From a virus, in IMG/VR virus record IMGVR_UViG_3300020074_000032: a stretch of DNA of 49,136 nt; one strand, 5' to 3'. The translations under genes were made by a program, and so were the position numbers. This document shows positions 13,496 to 26,357 of this stretch, piece after piece; positions within the stretch are counted from its first letter, which is position 1; each line of letters opens with the position of its first letter. A model generated the notes under the pieces. That model was not told the DNA's origin. It saw only the letters and a list, made by a program, of their open reading frames with translations, and searched no databases.

Positions 13496-16400
13496 TTAAA
13501 GTGATGATCCAAATTCTTCATACGGATTTCTATTTATATTTTGAATAGAATTAAAGTAATTTACTGAAGAAGAACCTATTGACATACCCCTAGCGGAGTC
13601 AACAAAATCCCTTGCCGTATTAGAATCTCCAGAAATATTTACCTTATATGTAACGCCATTTTCTCCTGAATTCATTATATACTGCGGAACCGGTAAGTTT
13701 AACGTATTGCCAGGATATGCTGTTTCGTACGCGCTGCCACCCGGAAGCAGTGGTGGGCCACCCATTTCGTCAATATTTTTATCAGCAGAAGCTGAATATA
13801 TTAGTCCAAATGCAGCTAATCCAATCATTGACATAGCTGTTCCTTTTAAGTATGGTTTCTTCATTAGGTTTGAAATAGTTCCGTCTTTTATTAAAGAAGA
13901 CACTCTCTTATAAGGACTTTTTTTAACTGGTTCTTTTTGAACGTTTCTATCTGCTGGAATAATTAGTTTTTTCATTCTTAATTTATTTCCAACCATTTCC
14001 ATTTCGCTCTCTTCAATTCCGCTATATCTTGCTGTATATATTTCACTAAGATTTGCAAAAATATTTTGCGCGTGCACTGCTTGTCGATTCGCATCAACTT
14101 CCGAAATGTGACCAGCATGGATAGCGCTCCTTCTTATTTCTTCGCCTTCAACACCGCCGAGTGGGCCCATTCTAATAAAGCCATAATCTTCATCCTGAAA
14201 ACTTCCTATAAGATTTTTTGGTTTTCCAACTATTCTATAAAACTCATCAAGTGTCATTATTCCGTTTACCAAATCATCTAGTGTAGCGCCAGTTCCTGGA
14301 ACCTTTTTTTTACCTCCTTTTGATTTTGTGAATTGAGCAGTGGCGCCAACAGCGTCTTCTGATAAATTTCTTAAGAAGTGAACCATTCTACCTACGCCAG
14401 CTGCTGCTTTATTGCCATCTGTTTCAAGCGAACTGAATTGAGCGAGTTTGTTCTTTCTACTTGACAAAGGCAGTAAACTTAAAGCTCTATCCATAACGCC
14501 CAAGATTTTGGCCGTATCTGAATCCGCAAAACCTTTATCTGTTACTAACATTGAATATCTTCTTCTGTTTTCAGCCTGCATTGCTAAGGCTCTAATTTTT
14601 GACGTATCTCCTAAATCGGACATCCCACGAAAATCTTCCAAAGAAGCAAGCCCAACTCTATTTAACCTGCTTTGATATGCTATTGCATCCATCATGTCTA
14701 ACTCTGAAATATTACTGTATCCTTTTGCGCGCAGCTCAGAAATAGCATCCGCAATTTGACCTTCTGCGTTAGCTGCAGCTCTTTGTCTTGCAGCTGTTTT
14801 TTGCGCAGCTAATATAGGATTTGCAGTAACATCTTGATCCGTAATATTTTTTATTATTTCATAATTGTATTTATAATCATCAACTATTTTTTGTGCCGCG
14901 GCGAGCATGTCGCCTGGCAATAGAGCTTCTTGTCTACGATAAAAGTATGCATCTATCTCTGCAGTTGATTTTCTTTGAATTCTTTGTTTACCTAATTGAT
15001 TAAGAGCTCCTAGAATACTCTCCCCATAAGATGTTTGCGTATCAAACACTGCGTATGCACTACCAGATTTTAATGCCATGCGTGTGTAGTATTCTTTTTG
15101 GCCTAATTGTTGCAATTCAGCCAAGTTTGTTTCCGCACCTGTAACATCCATGCCCCTTCTGCTAGCAGTGTCAATTGCTAGTCTAGCTCCGTTCACTGTA
15201 CGCTTCTTTAAATAAATCCAAAATTTTTGCAGATTTTTCTGGGCTTGAAGTTATAAAATTTCTTCTAATCATAGCCGCGTCTATTCCAGCCTCTTTAGCT
15301 TCATCAATGCCGAAAAATTAACCCTGTCGTTTGAAGAGCTCCGATTCTTTTAGCAAGGGATCTGTAATTTTGTAGTTCAGCTCCTTTAATTACATTTTCT
15401 GCGGCGCTTGCTGACGCTACTGAGGAACCTAAAACTCTCGCAAGACTTTGTATATCTATTACTTCCCTTTGTTGCTGTAAGCCTATAGCGAGACCTTCAG
15501 CTATTTTAGTTGCCGTACCGAGGTTGTTCTCCAACTAATTTTGGTATTGCAGCGTTACGCGTAATGTCAATTGCATTGTCGGCTGCTATGTAAAATGCGC
15601 TCAGTTCTCTTTGAAGTTTTTTTGCCACAGCTTTTACTTGTGGGCCGCGCCTGGGCTGCGGTGAGTGTCTCCATTATATCTTGGTATTGATCGCCTATGG
15701 AGCCAAAGGCTGTTAAACTGTTTATATAGGATCCAATAATTCCAGAAGGATCCGCAGTGGTTATCCTAAATTTATAAAGATCCATTGTTGCTGTTAAGCT
15801 CGCCAAAGCTTCTTGGTTTCTTCTTCCCCCCTTTGTTCCACTTGTTGTACCCCTAAAAACCTCAGAAAGAGCTTTTCTAAAAGCGCTCTCAGTATCTGAT
15901 GGATCAAGAGGTCCTAGTTTATATTTCCTTGCAATTTCTGCAAATTTCATTTTTTCTTCCTCGTTAAAAGGAGTTATGCCCGTTTCTACAGTGTACTTAT
16001 ATGCTTGTAATCGAGCAAACATTGGACCAGCTTCGAGCTGGTCTGCGTCCGATAGGGCTCGGAAAGTTTTTTCATCAAGAGCCAATGCAGAACCTGTTTT
16101 AGTAATAGCAAGCTGTCTAATTATTCTTGAATTTAATTCTGGAATGCCCTCGCCGTATGCCATTTCATACGCTTCTAGTATCACTCTATCAACATTGGCT
16201 TGTGTTGCTTGCATCCTTTTAGCGCCCGCGGTGGGTTGACCTGTCCTCTTTGTTACATCATTTATTGTAGTGACTGTAGATTTACTAGTTCCGTAATAAA
16301 AACCTTGTCTTAAGTTTTCATTAGTTCCAAGCACTCCAGCATATTTACTATGCAATACCATAAATTCAGCTCCATTATTTTTATCTGGAACCATTCTCAT

Positions 16401-18987
16401 ATACCTTAATATGTCAGCTGCTTCTTGATCGGTCGCTGACATTTGTTCTAATGCTTCCATAAATTTTCTATTATGACCAAATAAAGTGTTTAAACTTTCT
16501 TGGTCTTTAGAAAAACTATTGACAACAAATTCCCTCAAGCTTGGCGGCTGCCTAAAGGTAAATAATGCTAATCGTCTTTGACCACTATTCGTGTCTACAA
16601 AGCTTCTTAATAAAGGCATTCCCTTATCGTCAAAGTCAAAACCACCATGAGCTGCCTGATATATTACTGAATTCATATCACTATAGATCATTCTATGATC
16701 TTTAAACCTTACAACAGGTAATTTAATATTTTCATTTCTAACAGCTCCTTGAGTGTTTGTTACTTCCATTCCAGCATTATAATAATCTGCTCCTTCTTTA
16801 GCCAAGAGGCGTCCTACGTTGTCCTGGCCCAACAATGATGCGCTTTCTGCCTCTATGTCAAACCTCATCAGCTCTGGAGTACGGGCTACAATAAATCTTT
16901 TTCCACCTGCTCTTTTGTCTTGTATTGTTCCAGAATAATAATAATCATATATTGCATTGAATACTTCTGGATCAAATACATCTCCTGTTAACATTTTATT
17001 TCTTAATTCATTTGTTGTTAATACGTGAAGTTTTTTTGTTCCCATTTTATATGATTGATTTTGATACATTCGAGCAAATTTCACGTCTTCTGTTTCAACT
17101 CTTGCCTCCATTACTGAATCTATCACGTGCCTTGGTATAACTCCTGTTTCCATTATTGTTTTCATTTCGGCAAGCTGTTGCTGTACATAAGCTCTTGTCA
17201 TTTTTGGAATTACACCTGTTCCATCACCGGCGTCTTCAATAAAAGCTCCACCATACTGAGCTATGCTTTGAATGTCTGGAGCAATTGCACGGATGCCCTT
17301 TTCCCTTCCAAGAACGTCGAGGTTTACCGCTGGAGTTAATCCAGCTTCTCTTTTTACGTTTACATCGGGAGTCACAAACGCATAGCTTCTTCCCTTTTTG
17401 TCTACTATATCACTAACAAAGCCAAATCTACCTTTTATTTGAGGAGTGAATCCTTGTGAGTCTCTAAAGTTTATTCTTCCAGTTAATCCATATATTTTAT
17501 TTTGATCAAGTAACCATTTTCCAGCTTTACGGTTCTCTGATGCTATTCCCCTTCTTGTAGTTTCTAAATCTTTTTTCATATTTATCTGAAATGGTGTAGC
17601 TGTTCCAGCTTCAATCATTGCATCGTAATTTTTAATTGACTCAGATAGTGTGTCTATATAGTTTTGAAAATATTTCGCATTTCCCCTAAAAGCTCCGTCA
17701 ACTGAGACTTCCATTTTTTCAGTTATAGATTTAACTCTTGATTTAATTTTGTTACTAAATTTAGATTTTTCTACAAGATCTAAAAATACATCTGTTGTAC
17801 TTTTATCTGATTTATCATTATATGCTTTCATTAAAAGAGTTCCAAGTTTTTTGTAGTCGTCCTCTTTAAGTTCATAACCTTCAAAAGCGTATCCAAAAAA
17901 ATTTTTAGCTTGAATTGACGCGTTTTGAAAATCTCCATAATAATTGTAGTCTAATGAATTATAGGCGCTTTTAAGCGCTTTTTGTAGCGTTACGTCAGTA
18001 GTTCCCTCGTGAATTCCAGCTAACAATAGTTCTTGCCTACTGTCAAGAATTAGCAAGTGTTTAGCCCAGTCTTTATCCATGTTAAAATTTTTGACTCCAA
18101 CAAATTTACCTAATCCTTCGTTGCCCGATATTGAAACTTGTCTAGGAGAATATGTTCCTTTTGATCTTTTTTCAAGTTTCATTATTTGTGATTCAATTCC
18201 TTTTTGATCAACTCCTTTACCTAAAGTCTTAACTGCAGTTCTTGGATCAACCACTGGACGTTCAATTAAAGACCTAAGTAAAAGTATTTGTTCTTGGTGC
18301 AATTTTAAATCCATGCCAGGCAGGTAGTATTCGTGTGCAATAAAACCGCCGTCACCAGCTACTATATTCGCAAGAAGTTTTCCTTCTGCGGTTTTTCCTT
18401 CCCTAAAGGGAATAAGCGCTTCATCAAGAGTTGAATTAAACTCATCGTATTTAACATTTGAAACATGTATTTCTAATGGATTTAGTACACGAACACTACG
18501 TTTGTGCGTTTCTGTTTTTAGATTATCAAGCAAAAATCCAAGCCCTAATCCTCTTAGGGCTCTTGCTTCTTTTGAGCCCGGTGTTAGTTTTGCTGATTTT
18601 AAGTATTGATTGATGGCTTGCATGTCAGCCATGAGCGGTCCGAACGGAAGCCTTCTGCCTATCATATTATCAGGCTGTTTTGAAAGTCGAGTAAAAGCTA
18701 CTAAGCCATCGTCTGCTGCGGTATTAAATGCAGTAGTTAAGTCGTCAAAGAGCTGACCAGTTCTTGTGTATTGTACTCTAAAAGCTCTTCGAACTCTACC
18801 ATCAGCAGTTGGGACATCTACTTCCACAAGCCTTATTACATTACTGACTCCTAATGGATTTTCTTCAACAAGTTTTTTAACTAAATTTTTACCAATAGGA
18901 AGAACGTTGCCGATTTTCGTCGGTATACATAGACACTAGATCGTCTATTCTTAAGGAAATTGATTCCCCTATCCTTCCGCTACGCAT
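13496..18987 (-). CDS. Very large virion-associated protein of unknown function, about 1828 aa; requires five +1 shifts at CGG
   Basis: ATG 18987 overlaps TAA of upstream gene (TAATG). MRSGRIGESISLRIDDLVSMYTDEN-CGGC-NVLPIGKNLVKK... continues through the listed 1086, 76 and 566 aa ORFs. 5492 nt minus 5 is divisible by 3. C-terminal hydrophobic segment AMSMIGLAAFGLIYSA. Confidence 0.7.
15189..15191 (-). other. In-frame CGG frame-change site 4 (AGT GAA CGG A | GCT AGA)
   Basis: Zero frame ends CGG AGC TAG; +1 enters 566-aa ORF. Confidence 0.9.
15310..15312 (-). other. In-frame CGG frame-change site 5 (ATT TTT CGG C | ATT GAT)
   Basis: Zero frame ends CGG CAT TGA; +1 gives IDEAKEAGIDAAMIRRN. 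Confidence 0.9.
15518..15520 (-). other. In-frame CGG frame-change site 6 (CAA CCT CGG T | ACG GCA)
   Basis: Zero frame ends CGG TAC GGC AAC TAA; +1 gives TATKIAEGLAIG. Confidence 0.9.
15645..15647 (-). other. In-frame CGG frame-change site 7 (CAG GCG CGG C | CCA CAA)
   Basis: +1 gives PQVKAVAKKLQRELSAFYIAADNAIDITRNAAIPKLVGEQP, linking two ORFs. Confidence 0.9.
18910..18912 (-). other. In-frame CGG frame-change site 8 (GAA AAT CGG C | AAC GTT)
   Basis: +1 links MRSGRIGESISLRIDDLVSMYTDEN to NVLPIGKNLVKKLVEENPLGVSNVIRL. Confidence 0.9.
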
Positions 18988-21900
18988 TATCTAACACCCA
19001 CTGACATATCGATTCTTTCTCCTCCAAACGGCGTAAACACAGGAGTAACGGAACCGTCGACTCCCATCTGTAGCATTAGTTTTCTTAAATCGGCCAAGGT
19101 GTCTCTATTGTTTTGTCGTTTTTGAAAAATGGGATAACTTGGATTTGTTAAATTTGCTTCTTTGATTTGCTGTGGATAGTAACCCATTTGAGACATTTCA
19201 ATTCCCATAGATTGTCCAATTTTTATTTTTACATGCTCCATATTTGTATTTGGATGCCAGCCTTCCCAGTCTGGTTCTGGAAGTTCTCGGTCACTAAAGT
19301 ACTCATCTAAATCAGGCCTGTCTTCTACGTCCATTCCCCAAGCTGCTTCAAAAATTCTTCTTTCGAGTCTTGGTGCAGTTGATAATATCTTTTGCCTTTC
19401 TTCAACCGGAGCATTAATCATTGCTCTAAAGTGTTCTCTTTTTCTTTTTGGTATTGCTAAAGAAAGATTTTCGATAGAAGCTCCATATATATCTGCTCCA
19501 TACATTGTTCTACCAGCAGCTGATTTATATCTCTGTGCAGATAGAGAATCTCCCTCTTGTTGAGCTTGAGACGAAAGGCTCATATTTTTTACATAACTTA
19601 AGATATCAACATACTCTTCTAGAGCCATTTGTTTTTTGCGTTCTTCTGGAATAAATCTTTGCCCAGTAACAGTTTCGCTTACTTGGCCAAAAACTCCTGC
19701 ACCTCCTCCAATAAGTCCACCACCCAAAGAGCCAACAACCTTAGCTCTACTTGTAACTCCAAAGACAGACCCTACTGCAGCCATTACAGACGCTCCGACA
19801 AACGGTCCTCTTTGCGTAGCCTTATAGACCATAGGATCTAGGAAGCTTTCAAATGGTCTCTGCCATTCTGGAAATGTTGATCCATATACATTTGTTTTTT
19901 CATAATCTTCAGCTGCTGTTTTTGTTGGAAGAAATTTTGTATTAAAAATAGTATCTCTGTGAGCAAAATATTCTGCGGCTCGATTAATCATAAAACGACT
20001 ATTTGTCATTCCAGCTTCTTCTGCGTTGGTATATTTATATTTATATGGAGAGAAATCTTTTTTATTTGTCATACTTAAAACTTGCTCTCTAGTGTCAGAT
20101 ACCTTTATTCTCTCTTCTGGAGAAATTATTTGAGAATTAATACTTCTATTTAAGGATCTGTATTCAGCAGAATATGGTGCGATGTTTCCAAGTATGCTAA
20201 ATTGATCAGCTATTCCATATCTTCCAGAATCGTCAGAAGAAAGAGAATTAAATCTTTCGTACGCAATTCCAGGAAGTCTTAGTTCTCCTTCTTGAATTTT
20301 AGTAAATGGATCTCCTGTTTTAAAATTAATAAAATAATCAGCTCCAGGTAAAAATGGATATTTTTGACCCATTGTATTTTGAATTGGATTAATATAATTT
20401 ACGTTAGTTCTTTCTTTTGGAATAAAACGTCTAATAACTTCTGATATTTCAAGATTTCCAATAGCGCCCTGACCAGAAAGGGGAACGTCTCCAAGTCCAC
20501 CCAAATTAAGATCCCAGAATGCCCTTCCTGTACCATAAGCTTTTGATGCGGATTGTAGCACGCTTCTTTGCGGTTCAAAATCGCTTTGTCCAAAGCCGAA
20601 TTTATCTCTTAGTGATCCACCAATAAATCCATATATTCCAAGCATTTCTTGTATTTTATACGCTGATTCTGTAGATTGAAACTCAATACTAGGAGTCTCA
20701 ATTGGGGATCCAGCTGGAACTATTCTTGAAGAGACAGATCCGCTTAATTTTGGTGGACCAAATGTTGCGGTTGTTAGTATTCTATTTTGAAGCGCTATTC
20801 TATTTTGTACATCCATCCCCGCTGTAGCCAAAGGAGTAACGGCCATGTTGGCTTGTCTAGAATTTATTCCGCCAATTACGGAACCCACTTGTATATTACT
20901 TTGATTTGGAGAAATAGTTCCAAGAGAGTTTATACTTTCTCCAATATTATTATTGATATTATAAGAGCCAAAAGCATTTTGGGTATTCATCATACCAAAA
21001 CTTGAACTGCCTACTAAATTAGTGTTCTTTTCTGACATCAAAAATGGAGAAACATCATACGCTCCCGACTGCCCAACTGCTGTATAATTGACTAAACCAG
21101 CCTCTACTCTTTCTTGATGCATTTGTCGTGTTGGCTTAAGAATTTTTCCTACTGTTGCATTTAAAATTGGAGTTAGTGGTCCAAACGGACCAGTAAAATA
21201 TTCTCCAGTTACAGGATATGGTCTATCGTAATAATGTTTTGTTTCAAATCTATAAGGATCAAATGGTCTTAAGGGAGAATAGTCATTGTAGTATAAAGCT
21301 TTTTCCAATGGACTGCCATAGGTGTCAGAGGTAAATAGGGCTCCCGCCTGCATTTTTTGATACCAAGAAGGTCTGTAATACATTATTTTTCCACCCTCAA
21401 ATGGGGTGTTTCCAAGCGGCCAGAATCTTCCCTGTCTTATCGGTACCTTTCCTTCGGTAAGTTGTTCTCTTTTTTCTTGATAAGACATTCCACCAGGAAT
21501 TACTCCAGATATAGCTGATTGAGTTTCGGCTATCCCAGTGCTTAGTGCTCCCATGAAATACGGAGAATATACTCTTTCGTTGTTTATATCTCTTTCATTT
21601 ACGAATCCGCCTATTGTCCTATCGGCGGTCATAATCGTAGATGCTCCAGCTACAATTGGAAGAACTCTTTTTGTAACCATTCCCATAGCGTAAAGATCTG
21701 CTGGACTACTGTATTTAGAGACATCTAGCTGCATTCCTAAAGTGCCAAAATATCTATTCAATCTTTCGACTGCATGCCCGCTTGCTACAGACATTCCGGA
21801 AAAAGTATTTGGATTTGCGTAGTTACTAAACCCAACTGCGCTTGCTATTGCCCCAAGTGGATCACGACTAAATACGGTTCCAAATGTTGGAATAAGAACC

Positions 21901-24900
21901 GAATTTGAATTGCCGCCAAGAACATTAGGTCTTTCATTTATAGTGCTATATGGTGCTGTTTTAAATTGTCTAGAAAACGAAGGAATAATTGGACGAATAA
22001 ATCTTCTTGACTGACTCGTTACTTGGTCTATTGATCCATCGGTCAATGGTTTTAGTAAGCCTTTTAATTCCTCTGAACTTCTAGCGCCTGTTATGATGCT
22101 ATGTGCTGCTGCTCTAATGTTGCCAGTCGCAGTTTGTTTTGCCGAGTAGGTTAAGTGAGAATCTCTAGTTGTTAAAGTTGAAAGCGCAGCTGCTTGGGCT
22201 TCTACAAAATCTTCCGCGCTTATAACTCCCCTTTGACGAAGCGACGTCAAGACTTGATTTAATTCAACTATAGGCTGATTATTTATTCCAAGAGTTTGTT
22301 GTGTAGAAGTATTTCTTAAATACAGATACTTTGCGAGTTCGCTTTTTAGTTCGTCTAATTTTGTAGAAATACTTGGAGAACGTTTTACTACACTTGATGC
22401 AGAGAGAAGGTTTCCCTCTTCTAAGATTTGATCTATTCTTGAAAACGAACTTTTTACTTTTTCAGAAATTGCAGGATTTTTTCTATCTACATATTTTAAC
22501 TGTTGTGCAAATTCTATTGCGTCTTTTACTGTTTGTAATTTAGAAACTGATTGCTGTTGAGAAGCTGTTCCAGTTGGCCTATTTTGAAATTTAAATAAAT
22601 TTTTAAAACTATCTGATGAGGATTCTTCAAATCCTTGAATTACTTTATTAGAGAATCCATAAGAAGATATATCGTCCATCAATTTGCTAAACGATCTTAG
22701 AAACTCTTCATTTCCTACCAATACTTTACCAGTATTATCATCTACAACATTAAATATAGTAGATGGCCCTTCGCCTTGCATATCCAGTCTAAGGGTTCTT
22801 CTCCCATATCTTGCTGTTCTTTCTCTTAAAAGTTTTGCAATTACTTGAGGATTATTAATATCTGTTTTTCTTTTAGCAAATCGGGAAATGTATTGAAAAA
22901 GTGAAGTGGGTTGTTCGTCAGAAAAATCTAATTTTGATTTTACTCTTTCGGTAAAAGACAGTTGCCCACCGTCAGCCCTTGCAGATGAAATTGAGTCACC
23001 CGTTAGGCCAGATGCAAATCTGGCTTGTCTTGCAATAAAAGCTTGACTTAAATTATTTCCTGGCCTATAATATCCAGGAAGTTTTTTAGCGACAGTTGAA
23101 CCATCTTGATCTAAATATGCTGTTACGGTACCTTTAGTCTTTCTTAAAAAAGACCTTTTTGTTTCGTATATGAAAAATCTTGCATCGGTGTTAGCTTCTG
23201 CGCCCAAAAATGGTTGAATGGAGTTTCCTGGAACAAAATGTATTGGACCCTTTTTTGCCATATCTTGAAATTGATTAAGACCAAATAAGCTGTTTGCATT
23301 AAGGTGTACTAACGGTATTTCAAATTCGCTAGCAAAGAAATTTCCCAAAGATCTTAAAGTGCCAGTTAACTTGGTGGTGTCAATTATTTGACCAGACTTA
23401 TTTGAATAAAGTCCATTAACAACAGAGTGACCTATGGAATCTGAAATGGGGTCTTTAAATCCCATTTGCCTATTTATATCTAGCAAGATCCTTTGCTGTC
23501 TTTCGTCTAAATAATTAAAAAATCCCCTGTTTCTTGCTTCATCAAAGCTTACCGGTCTTAGGCCAAGAAAATTATAGCCAGAAGAAGAAAGTGGTTTACT
23601 TAATTGTTTATTGTTTAATAAAAACGCTCTAAGTGATGTAAAGTTTTCTGAATCTAGTGCATTTCTGGCAAGAAAATTGTTGACAATATCGCTGGACGTT
23701 CTTTTCCCTTGTTCGTCTATCATCTTTAAGCCCAAGACACTTGCAGATTTTCTTTGTAGGTATTCTTTTTCTTGGGTTGATAATTGTCCCGTAAAAGATC
23801 TCAGAGTCATTACTTGTGGCTTTAGCAGGCCTGAAGTATGATTAATTAAGTCCTTATCGTAAAATGTTCTCCATTGACTTTTTATTTTTTTCTCTACATT
23901 TACTTGAAATTCTTTAGAAGAAAAGGCTCTATTTGCGGCGTTCAGTGCTCTCTGAAGAACGTCTCCGCTAAGACCGGAATCTTTAAATCCTTTTATTCCC
24001 GAAGCTCTAATTGACATTTCTGCAAAAAAGTCAACATCTGTTGATTTAAAAATATCATCTTTACCAATAGTAAAAACTTGACTAGTGTCTAGTCTGGCGC
24101 CACCTCTGGGCAGTTTTTTTATAGTTACTTGTCTAGCAAAAAGATCTGACGCACTTCTGGAAACACCCTGAGCATTTAGGTGTTGTCTAACTTGAGTTCT
24201 TAACTCGCTTCTAAGCGCCTCTTCGAAAAATTTGCCCTCTTTTAATCTTTGTCTGTTTCCATAAGTATTATGACCAGCCATCAGTTCGTCAATGGTTGAA
24301 ACAAAACTAGTTAATCTACTTTGATGCTGATATGCAATACTTTCTTTTGCTTTGTTTAATGAAATTCTTGCGGCGTCAAGATATTCTTCTTGATCTCCTT
24401 TGGCTAAACTGTCAAATGGAGTCTTAGAGCTTTTTCTTGCTCTTGCCATGGCAATTCTTCTTATTGCCTGGTCATTGCTTATTGCCTGATTTAATGCATC
24501 GTATGCTTGTCCAGAAGTTCTAAATGAATCTCTAAAATTAGAAAAACCAGACCTAAAACCTCTTAACGTTGGAATAAGATCAACTAATCCATAAGATCCT
24601 GAAACGCTCGATCCTTCTTCTTTGCCGCCTAAGAATATTTGTTTACCAAAGCCGGTAATAGTATTCTGTTGAGTTTTTCTAGCGCTTTCTCGAACACTTC
24701 TAAAGATCTGACCTTGATTTGGTTGATCAGTTCTTGCTTTTTCAATTCCGGAATTAAAAGCGCTAGACAACTGGGTTGATGTTCTAATTACCCTATTTGT
24801 AACCTTTGTAAGGTCGTGACCAACTTCGTCCATTATTGTCGTAAGATCTACGAATCTTTTTTGTACGTTCTCCTGAAAAAGAGATTTTGGTGAAGAATAC

Positions 24901-25702
24901 AGGCTTGTTGCCAGTGATCTTCTTGCGGTACTTAATCCAGCTGACGCTGCATCAAAGGGTGCCAAAATAGCAAACGTGTTAATAACTGATTGCTTAGCGA
25001 AGTCTGCGACTACATCTACCGGATTATACCACTTAACTTTTCTTCTGTTTTCATCATATCCAAATAATGGATCGCTAAATCCTCTTTGAGCAACGTACAT
25101 TGATGGGAGCAGGTACGGAAGCTTTCTTCCGGTGCTAACCATTTTCTGCTGTATTTCATCTCTAGCCGACCATATCGCTGCCGGTTCTTTTGTTAGTCCT
25201 CTTCCTGCATCTCTGATTTCTTCTCTAGTAAAATGCATTCCGTGTCTTGCATTTTTAGCGGCAGAAGAATAACCAGTAGTCAATCCTCCCTCTGCTGTTT
25301 CTAATACTAAATTTTTATAAAAATAATCTGGATCGACCCCTTCACCTATTGTCCTGGATACGCCTTCCATCATGTCTAGGACTCTTCTTAGTTCGCCTAC
25401 GCTTTCTACTGTTCTTGTTGCGTAATTTGATATTCCGTTGACTTCTTGCGCTTCTCGCTGAACTGTCAATAGACTTCGCTAAGCGCAGGCCACCCTTTCT
25501 AACCAATGCGGATGCAGCAGTGGCGGCTACGACAGCAGCTGTATTAGCAGCTAAAAATTTTAAAAAAGGATGTGAATTTAGTGCTCTAGAAATATAACCA
25601 GAATTAGGACTTGGACCTTCGGATTCTCCGCTCGTTTATAGGAACATCCCTAGAGGTGACACCATGTCCAATGTTCGACAATGGCCCTCTATCTCTCTGC
25701 AT
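18987..25702 (-). CDS. Tape-measure-like / internal tail protein, about 2237 aa; requires two +1 shifts at CGG
   Basis: ATG 25702 with SD AGGGGG (CTTAGGGGGAACAAATG): MQRDRGPLSNIGHGVTSRDVPINE-CGGA-ESEGPSPNSGYISRALNSHPFLKFLAANTAAVVAATAASALVRKGG...SARSQ-CGGA-ISNYATRTVESVGELRR, then the listed 2160-aa ORF. 6716 nt minus 2 divisible by 3. Tape-measure call is from size and position after two chaperone-like genes. Confidence 0.6.
25435..25437 (-). other. In-frame CGG frame-change site 9 (AGT CAA CGG A | ATA TCA)
   Basis: +1 links SIDSSARSARSQ to ISNYATRTVESVGEL. Confidence 0.9.
25628..25630 (-). other. In-frame CGG frame-change site 10 (AAC GAG CGG A | GAA TCC)
   Basis: +1 links MQRDRGPLSNIGHGVTSRDVPINE to ESEGPSPNSGYISRALN. 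Confidence 0.85.
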
Positions 25703-25720
25703 TTGTTCCCCCTAAGAGTG

Positions 25721-26350
25721 TTATCCTTTACCCCAAAGCTTCTGAGCAATTGGATCATCGTAGTTTGCAGCGCCTTCTGTTTTAGAAAGATTATGCCTTG
25801 CTGCTGTAGTCTTTTTCTTTTCTTCTTCTTCTTGTGGATCTATAAGCTCTAATTTAAGCTGATTGGGTTGTACTCCGTGCATATTTTGTGTTATTTCAAT
25901 AATTCTTTCTGATAGTGCAACTTTTTCTGCCAATTGAGAATACGTCATTTCATCTAAATCTTCCGGTTTATATGTAGATATAGTAGCTAAAACAAAGGCT
26001 TTCATTAAGCTTCTAACCTGTGTAGATTGATCCCTTTTTTGCTGAAGAATGGTTTTTGCAGTTTTTGGATTGCTAAAGCCCGACGCATCGAGTATTTCTT
26101 GAGCTAAAGAAGAAACAAGCCCCGCCTGCATTTTGTTAATATTAAAGTCTTCTGGATATACTACAGCCGTGGCAATTATTTGATCTTCAGAATCAACGGA
26201 AGAACCATCCTCTAGATTTTGCAAAAGTGCAATATCGTCAAACTCTGAAAATGTAAGTTCTCTAAATATTATTGTTTGATTTTTGACTTCGGTAGTAAAT
26301 ATATTACCATATTTAAGCTTTAAAGATAATACTAAATCAGAATCTAACAT
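25721..26350 (-). CDS. Tail assembly chaperone-like protein, 209 aa
   Basis: Located between tube/sheath-like genes and the tape-measure-like gene; shares the ELTFSEFDD...VVYPEDFN...SLAQEILDASGF layout with its neighbour. Confidence 0.45.
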   Translation of the reverse strand: MLDSDLVLSLKLKYGNIFTTEVKNQTIIFRELTFSEFDDIALLQNLEDGSSVDSEDQIIATAVVYPEDFNINKMQAGLVSSLAQEILDASGFSNPKTAKTILQQKRDQSTQVRSLMKAFVLATISTYKPEDLDEMTYSQLAEKVALSERIIEITQNMHGVQPNQLKLELIDPQEEEEKKKTTAARHNLSKTEGAANYDDPIAQKLWGKG

Positions 26351-26357
26351 CGTTTGA

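Noticed and set aside
5743-18926. Exact 16-nt match ATACCGACGAAAATCG (5743-5758) to the reverse complement of 18911-18926, both near CGG sites
   Set aside because: A single 16-nt inverted match is roughly expected by chance in 49 kb, and other CGG sites lack it, so it is not treated as a recoding signal.
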